Below are positions 15,578 to 20,000 of a stretch of 20,000 nt of DNA, one piece after another. Numbering within the stretch: position 1 is the stretch's first letter; the number at the start of each line of letters is the position of its first letter. Made by a program: the position numbers and the translations under genes. The stretch comes from an uncultured virus (IMG/VR IMGVR_UViG_3300003815_000003). Its lineage: Duplodnaviria; Heunggongvirae; Uroviricota; Caudoviricetes. The notes under the pieces are model-generated. The model was not told the origin of the DNA, searched no databases, and was given only the letters and a program-made list of their open reading frames with translations. The DNA lies in IMG/VR virus record IMGVR_UViG_3300003815_000003. One strand, 5' to 3'.

Positions 15578-15872
15578 CACTATTTTCCTTGTCATTCTCC
15601 AATATGATATTAGCTTCAATGATGCAGATGAAGGAGATTGTTATGCCGGTGAAGGTCAGCGAGTCCTCAAAGCATTTTCAAATAAAAACATTGCTGATGA
15701 GTTGGCGCAAAAAATGAATCCAATTATTTCATTGGCAGAACAAGAAACAACCATTTATCCTATTCAAAAGAATAATCGGAAATTGCTAAATGAATTAGGA
15801 TTAATTCACCATAATATAGATAATGGTTACAATTTTAAATTAGTCGTTGAAGAAATAGAAGTAACCGTTTGA
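15573..15872 (+). CDS. Hypothetical protein flanked by 45-bp direct repeats
   Basis: ORF starts inside repeat copy 1 and stops inside copy 2. Confidence 0.75.
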   Translation: MNTIFLVILQYDISFNDADEGDCYAGEGQRVLKAFSNKNIADELAQKMNPIISLAEQETTIYPIQKNNRKLLNELGLIHHNIDNGYNFKLVVEEIEVTV

Positions 15873-15907
15873 CAAAACATTAACATAGTCTAATATAGAA
15901 ACATGAA
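15863..15907 (+). repeat. 45-bp promoter-plus-start cassette type B, copy 2
   Basis: 44/45 identical to 15533-15577, 330 bp downstream. Confidence 0.9.
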
Positions 15908-16196
15908 TCAACCTAAATTCATTCCCGTAAATCAACTTAAAAAAGGAACACTCTTCACTGTTCACGCTAAACCTGATGCCTATCAACAAGGTATTGTTGC
16001 ACAAGGTCGAATCTTTCGCATTCGAGAAGTAGCCTTTCCTTTCATCTTTGCAGATCATTATGTCGGGCCTAATCGTTGGATTGATAGTCCTTGGATATTG
16101 AACCTTGAACAAGGTATCAATCTAATTGAACTAACTTCTGCTGCATTGTTTCAAGGTAAAATTAAACAAATTAAACGTAAACATAATAAGAAATAA
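15903..16196 (+). CDS. Hypothetical protein
   Basis: ORF starting in the type B cassette. Confidence 0.75.
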   Translation: MNQPKFIPVNQLKKGTLFTVHAKPDAYQQGIVAQGRIFRIREVAFPFIFADHYVGPNRWIDSPWILNLEQGINLIELTSAALFQGKIKQIKRKHNKK

Positions 16197-16201
16197 AATA
16201 T

Positions 16202-16435
16202 ATGAGTGCCATTCTTTTACTCCTTGCTTTAATCTTTTATAGCAATGTCGGATTTTTTATTGCTGTATTTAACTTTATTCCAAACGGCCCTTCACAATTT
16301 TTTAAATTATCTATTGGACAAAAGATATTTACGGTGATAGTAGGTGGTCCAGCTATCATCTTCGTTCTTATCATATATGCAGTTGTATTTAAACTAGGTG
16401 ATTACCTAACTGAAATCTTTAACTCTCTCAAATAA
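16202..16435 (+). CDS. Small two-TM membrane protein
   Basis: Two hydrophobic segments. Confidence 0.7.
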   Translation: MSAILLLLALIFYSNVGFFIAVFNFIPNGPSQFFKLSIGQKIFTVIVGGPAIIFVLIIYAVVFKLGDYLTEIFNSLK

Positions 16436-16446
16436 TAAAACAAAAT

Positions 16447-16851
16447 ATGAAACAACTACTCTATACTCCTATAGTCCAATTCTCAGGTGCTCTTACTACT
16501 GAGGATGTAGTAGATCAAATGGAAGCAGTCAATAATGAATTGATTCGTCGCGGCTATAGCGTTCCTTCTGTTTCTGCTGCGTCCAATCCCTCTTCTAATG
16601 CTCCGACACCTAAAGGCGAACAAGGCCCGCTAGAACGCAAATGGTGCGAATTAAAGAAGGTTCGCGGTGTTCGTCGCACAGAAGGACGAACAAATGAACA
16701 ACAAGCCGAATACAATCTTCGTCATTATCTCGGATATACTGATGAAAAAATTCAGAAAATCCTAGATGAATATGTTCCTGAACACCATAATGAACATCTT
16801 CCATCTATTATCGAAGATGATGAAGAGGTTCCTGAACATAAGCTAATGTAA
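16447..16851 (+). CDS. Hypothetical protein
   Basis: 134-aa ORF with S/P-rich linker and acidic tail. Confidence 0.7.
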   Translation: MKQLLYTPIVQFSGALTTEDVVDQMEAVNNELIRRGYSVPSVSAASNPSSNAPTPKGEQGPLERKWCELKKVRGVRRTEGRTNEQQAEYNLRHYLGYTDEKIQKILDEYVPEHHNEHLPSIIEDDEEVPEHKLM

Positions 16852-16878
16852 TTTAAAAGATTTAGTTGATAAAAGTCC

Positions 16879-16906
16879 TTTACAAAGGGCAGATAGGTGG
16901 TAAGAT
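16879..16906 (+). promoter_or_regulatory. Sigma70-like promoter
   Basis: TTTACA-16bp-TAAGAT with extended TG, intergenic. Confidence 0.65.
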
Positions 16907-16942
16907 TGATTCGTTAAAAGAAACAATTCAACCAACTCTACT

Positions 16943-17041
16943 ATGAAACTATCCTTCTTTGATTATCTATCTTTGCTGCTCTTTACAAGCATCGTTGTCT
17001 ATGCAACAGGTAAAGAATTGGGCTTTTTTATCAATCTCTAA
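16943..17041 (+). CDS. 32-aa single-TM peptide; not in the ORF track
   Basis: MKLSFFDYLSLLLFTSIVVYATGKELGFFINL; ACT-ATG start context like neighbouring genes; lies between the promoter and the glucosaminidase. Confidence 0.5.
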   Translation: MKLSFFDYLSLLLFTSIVVYATGKELGFFINL

Positions 17042-17052
17042 TATTCTTAAAT

Positions 17053-17889
17053 ATGTCAACTCTACTTAAGATTATTCTACCTGTTGCAACGGTTGTTGGG
17101 ACTTTTGCTATCTATCCAGTTTATAAACAACACTGGATTAATGCTAATCCTAATAAACCTGTTTCAAAAAATCTTCTGCTAGATGCAGTTGAACAACTCA
17201 AATACAAAAGCGAGATTAAGATTTTCTCCTTGTTGACAGGAAAAGATGTAACTAAGAAGATGTGGAAAGAAACAAAGGTAAATTCTGATGAGTTTACTTT
17301 GCCGCCTGATCTTCCACCTATGTTGGATATTCCTAGTTATCCTGTTGCAAAGATTACTAAAATTCCCGATGTGGCTTCTCCTGTTAAAACAGTTGAACTT
17401 TCTCCTGAATATAAGGTAAATGTTCGTTCTGTTGTTAATGCAACAGTATTGGATAAGAAGTTAGAAGGTGTTCTTAGGGGGAAAGGACAAGTGATTATTC
17501 AAGCAGCACAAGAATATAACATTTGTCCTATTTTCTTGACAGCGATTCTGATGCATGAATCTGCTAATGGTAAATCTAATTTCGCAGAAGATAAGAATAA
17601 TGTGGCGGGAATTATGACAGTTGCTAAAGTTAAACAAAAAGGTAAATGGATTAATAAATCTGTTGCAAAAGAGTTTGACAATGTGGAAGAATGTATTAGA
17701 TTCACGGCGAAACTGTTAGGTAGTAAGACATATGCAGGAGGTAAACGAGATACTATCGGAGAGATTCAGCAAGTGTATTGTCCTGTTGGGGCAAAGAATG
17801 ATCCAAAGAAACTTAATGGGCATTGGCTCGGAGGAGTAATGGGATATATGGAAAAACTTTGGGGAAAAACTATTCACGTCCGTTCTTAA
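17053..17889 (+). CDS. Membrane-anchored peptidoglycan hydrolase, glucosaminidase (GH73-like) domain
   Basis: N-terminal hydrophobic segment, Pro-rich linker, AAQEYNICPIFLTAILMHESANGKS...KNNVAGI...FDNVEECI...YCP...W. Confidence 0.85.
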   Translation: MSTLLKIILPVATVVGTFAIYPVYKQHWINANPNKPVSKNLLLDAVEQLKYKSEIKIFSLLTGKDVTKKMWKETKVNSDEFTLPPDLPPMLDIPSYPVAKITKIPDVASPVKTVELSPEYKVNVRSVVNATVLDKKLEGVLRGKGQVIIQAAQEYNICPIFLTAILMHESANGKSNFAEDKNNVAGIMTVAKVKQKGKWINKSVAKEFDNVEECIRFTAKLLGSKTYAGGKRDTIGEIQQVYCPVGAKNDPKKLNGHWLGGVMGYMEKLWGKTIHVRS

Positions 17890-17918
17890 TAAATGCTAAC
17901 TTAAAAAATAACAAAAAC

Positions 17919-18176
17919 ATGAAAATCGAAACAAAATATAATGTAGGTGATATTGTGCATCTGATGCACGATCAAGGGGTTCTAGCAAAAGCAACTACTG
18001 CAAAAATCTTGACAGTTCATTTCACTCAAGACGATTCTAATTTCCAGAAGGGCAATATTACCTACAAATATGCTCTTAAACAGAAAGGTACTGCCTATTA
18101 TGATGAAGCCAATACTTCCACTTGTAACGAGGTTTATCTTTTCCCCACCAAAGAAGAACTCCTTGCCAGTCTTTAA
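17919..18176 (+). CDS. Hypothetical phage protein (start revised to ATG 17919)
   Basis: MKIETKYNVGDIV...LFPTKEELLASL pattern typical of small phage proteins. Confidence 0.7.
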   Translation: MKIETKYNVGDIVHLMHDQGVLAKATTAKILTVHFTQDDSNFQKGNITYKYALKQKGTAYYDEANTSTCNEVYLFPTKEELLASL

Positions 18177-18187
18177 TTAATAAAATT

Positions 18188-18421
18188 ATGAATACAGAAT
18201 TTTATCATGTTACATGGAATGGGTGGAATGGGGCGAATCCTTGTTACTATGTGGAAGGAACAAAGGAAAATGGTCGAATTTTAGCTACTCGTTTCCAAGT
18301 TACGTCCATTATTCGTAATGGTAAACGTGTTAAGGCGAAACTTGAACCGGTGTATCATGGAGGCGCATTCCCTCTTACTTGTAAGATTCGCAAACTGAAG
18401 AAAAATCCTTTTAAAGACTGA
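18188..18421 (+). CDS. Hypothetical protein
   Basis: ORF, tight packing. Confidence 0.65.
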   Translation: MNTEFYHVTWNGWNGANPCYYVEGTKENGRILATRFQVTSIIRNGKRVKAKLEPVYHGGAFPLTCKIRKLKKNPFKD

Positions 18422-18425
18422 TGAT

Positions 18426-18812
18426 ATGGAAATTCGAGATTATTCCAGGTATCGAGATATTGTACAATGGGAATTGGAAACACTTGCAAAGGTTCCTTTC
18501 ATTAAAATTGTTAAGAATGAACCTGTTCTTACAGTTGGATATGATGTATGGCTTAGTCTTGAACATATTGAAAAGACTGCTAATAGTATGCATTCCGAAT
18601 TCAAAAATCTCTGGAAATGGGTGAAAAATGTTTCTCCTCATTTGACAGAATTTAAGACTGCATATCATACTTTGGTTAATCTCTTGTTTCTTTTGAAATA
18701 TGATATTCAAGAGGAATTGAATAGATGGAAAACAGAATTAAAGAACAATAATCAAACTTATTTTTATAATTTGCCAAAGGTTTCTGCTAATTGGTACTCG
18801 ACAAACAATTAA
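18426..18812 (+). CDS. Hypothetical protein
   Basis: ORF, tight packing. Confidence 0.65.
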   Translation: MEIRDYSRYRDIVQWELETLAKVPFIKIVKNEPVLTVGYDVWLSLEHIEKTANSMHSEFKNLWKWVKNVSPHLTEFKTAYHTLVNLLFLLKYDIQEELNRWKTELKNNNQTYFYNLPKVSANWYSTNN

Positions 18813-18815
18813 ACC

Positions 18816-19319
18816 GTGATATACTCTGTTATGAAACCAGATATTGAAGAAGTACTGAGTCAGTATAATCTTGCCAAGAAATTCCTAAATAAACGACTTA
18901 GGGGTGTTGATATGGAAGTATGTGATGTTGTCGTCACTTTTGAGAATTACCAAGTTAAGACTGAATTGTTTAATAAACAGAAGTTTTTGATTATTCTTCT
19001 GCTAGTTGGAGGCGAACAATATATTTTTGATCCTGAGAATCCTCCGAAACTACAACAACCAGTTATTCGTGTAGAACAACAGCACACTCAATACATTTTT
19101 ACTGCTAGGCTTAATGGGGATTATTGGAATTTCGATGATGGAGATGATGTTTTAAGTGTCACTACTTATGCTATCAAAACGGCTTATGAATTTATGAAAT
19201 CAATTTATTCTGATTCACATGCTCCTTCTCCTGAAATTCAATCCGTTATCATTAACTCCTTGATCTTTCCTTATTCTGTGTTAGAATCCATGTTCAACAT
19301 TCAAAACGAAAACCAATAA
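18816..19319 (+). CDS. Hypothetical protein
   Basis: ORF (GTG 18816 or ATG 18831). Confidence 0.65.
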   Translation: MIYSVMKPDIEEVLSQYNLAKKFLNKRLRGVDMEVCDVVVTFENYQVKTELFNKQKFLIILLLVGGEQYIFDPENPPKLQQPVIRVEQQHTQYIFTARLNGDYWNFDDGDDVLSVTTYAIKTAYEFMKSIYSDSHAPSPEIQSVIINSLIFPYSVLESMFNIQNENQ

Positions 19320-19321
19320 AA

Positions 19322-19618
19322 ATGAAACAAACTATCCTCATTAGCACAATTTGAGCCATTCTCGTTCATCTTCTTTTCCTCTTTCCTCTATTTGGATTTG
19401 TTCTGCTTTATCTGGCAATGGGATATTTTATGGATAAAGTTGACCTAAAATCCGGCACTAATGATACTACCACTGCATTTGTTTGCTTTGCTCTTCCCCC
19501 TGTTGCATTCGCTGCAAGTATCTTATCTGGTGAACAAGAACATATGAAAACAGTCCTTAAAGAATGGTTTCCTAATTTCAAATTCCCTAAATTCCGTAGT
19601 CCAATCCATTTTAATTAA
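19322..19618 (+). pseudogene. Membrane protein gene with an in-frame TGA at codon 11
   Basis: ATG 19322 reads MKQTILISTI*AILVHLLFLFPLFGFVLLYLA in frame with the track ORF 19418-19618. Confidence 0.55.
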
Positions 19619-19625
19619 TAAATTT

Positions 19626-19919
19626 ATAACTCTTAAACAAACTATCATCGTTTCAGTTATCGTTCATTTCCTTCTACTTCATCTTTCGTCAATCCTGCTT
19701 ATTGGATGGCTAGGAATGATTGCCTATGCACTATATCTAGTTTACCTAATTGAATGCAATTTCGATGATCATAAGATTGAGATTGTTATGCAAATTTTAC
19801 TTGCCATAACATGTCCGCCCCTTTCGATTCTTCTTTGCTATATCTTTGATAAAAAACTTATTCCTGAAAATAATTGGATCGTTAAACAAGTCGATTCTTT
19901 GATCTTTTTCTGGAAGTAA
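19626..19919 (+). CDS. Membrane protein, probable paralog of 19322-19618, with ATA at the expected start
   Basis: ATA ACT CTT AAA CAA ACT ATC ATC (ITLKQTIIVSVIVHFLL...) is in frame with the track ORF 19716-19919. Confidence 0.5.
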   Translation: MTLKQTIIVSVIVHFLLLHLSSILLIGWLGMIAYALYLVYLIECNFDDHKIEIVMQILLAITCPPLSILLCYIFDKKLIPENNWIVKQVDSLIFFWK

Positions 19920-19920
19920 T

Positions 19921-19948
19921 TTGACAAACTGATAGTATAAGGTAAAGT
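19921..19948 (+). promoter_or_regulatory. Sigma70-like promoter
   Basis: TTGACA-16bp-TAAAGT, upstream of ATG 19973. Confidence 0.65.
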
Positions 19949-19972
19949 AACAATCTCATTAGAAAATAAACA

Positions 19973-20000
19973 ATGAATACAAAAAACATCCTTCTTACCA
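19973..20000 (+). CDS. Start of a gene truncated by the window end
   Basis: ATG after a promoter and A-rich leader; open to the edge. Confidence 0.4.

Noticed and set aside
16202..16435. Calling the two-TM protein a holin
   Set aside because: Only hydrophobicity supports it; it is separated from the hydrolase by another gene and a promoter.
16875..16890. Small hairpin GTCCTT-TACA-AAGGGC as a terminator
   Set aside because: Short stem, no T tract, and it overlaps a likely -35 box.
1544..18710. All minus-strand ORFs and the short alternative-frame plus-strand ORFs in the track (e.g. 1548-1850, 10025-10390, 11143-11517, 13508-13888, 18421-18624)
   Set aside because: They overlap better-supported plus-strand genes, show no motifs, and have the I/M/F-rich composition of shadow frames in AT-rich DNA.

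Overview
AT-rich (about 30% GC by eye), densely coding window with every credible gene on the + strand. It looks like the early/accessory region of a large (jumbo-type) bacteriophage. It opens with a tandem duplication of a two-gene module: a putative amidoligase (COOH-NH2 ligase) plus a class II glutamine amidotransferase carrying a C-terminal Zn ribbon. About 40 mostly small ORFs follow. Recognisable ones are a Zn-dependent deaminase, a CxxCxxC-repeat protein, a PGDYG-like protein, a degenerate HNH-type protein, an orphan RuvB-like AAA+ ATPase and a membrane-anchored GH73-type glucosaminidase, plus a tRNA-Arg(UCU). Two short ORFs missing from the supplied track look ribosome-directed: an RMF-like peptide (6018-6191) and an ArfA-like basic peptide (7520-7648). 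About 16 sigma70-like promoters (TTGACA or a close variant, mostly 16-bp spacer) are scattered through the window. Several are near-identical repeated promoter cassettes placed 5-13 nt from an ATG, and I saw no Shine-Dalgarno motifs. There are several tandem paralog pairs, and the last pair appears disrupted. All protein family calls come from motif recognition by eye; no database search was run.
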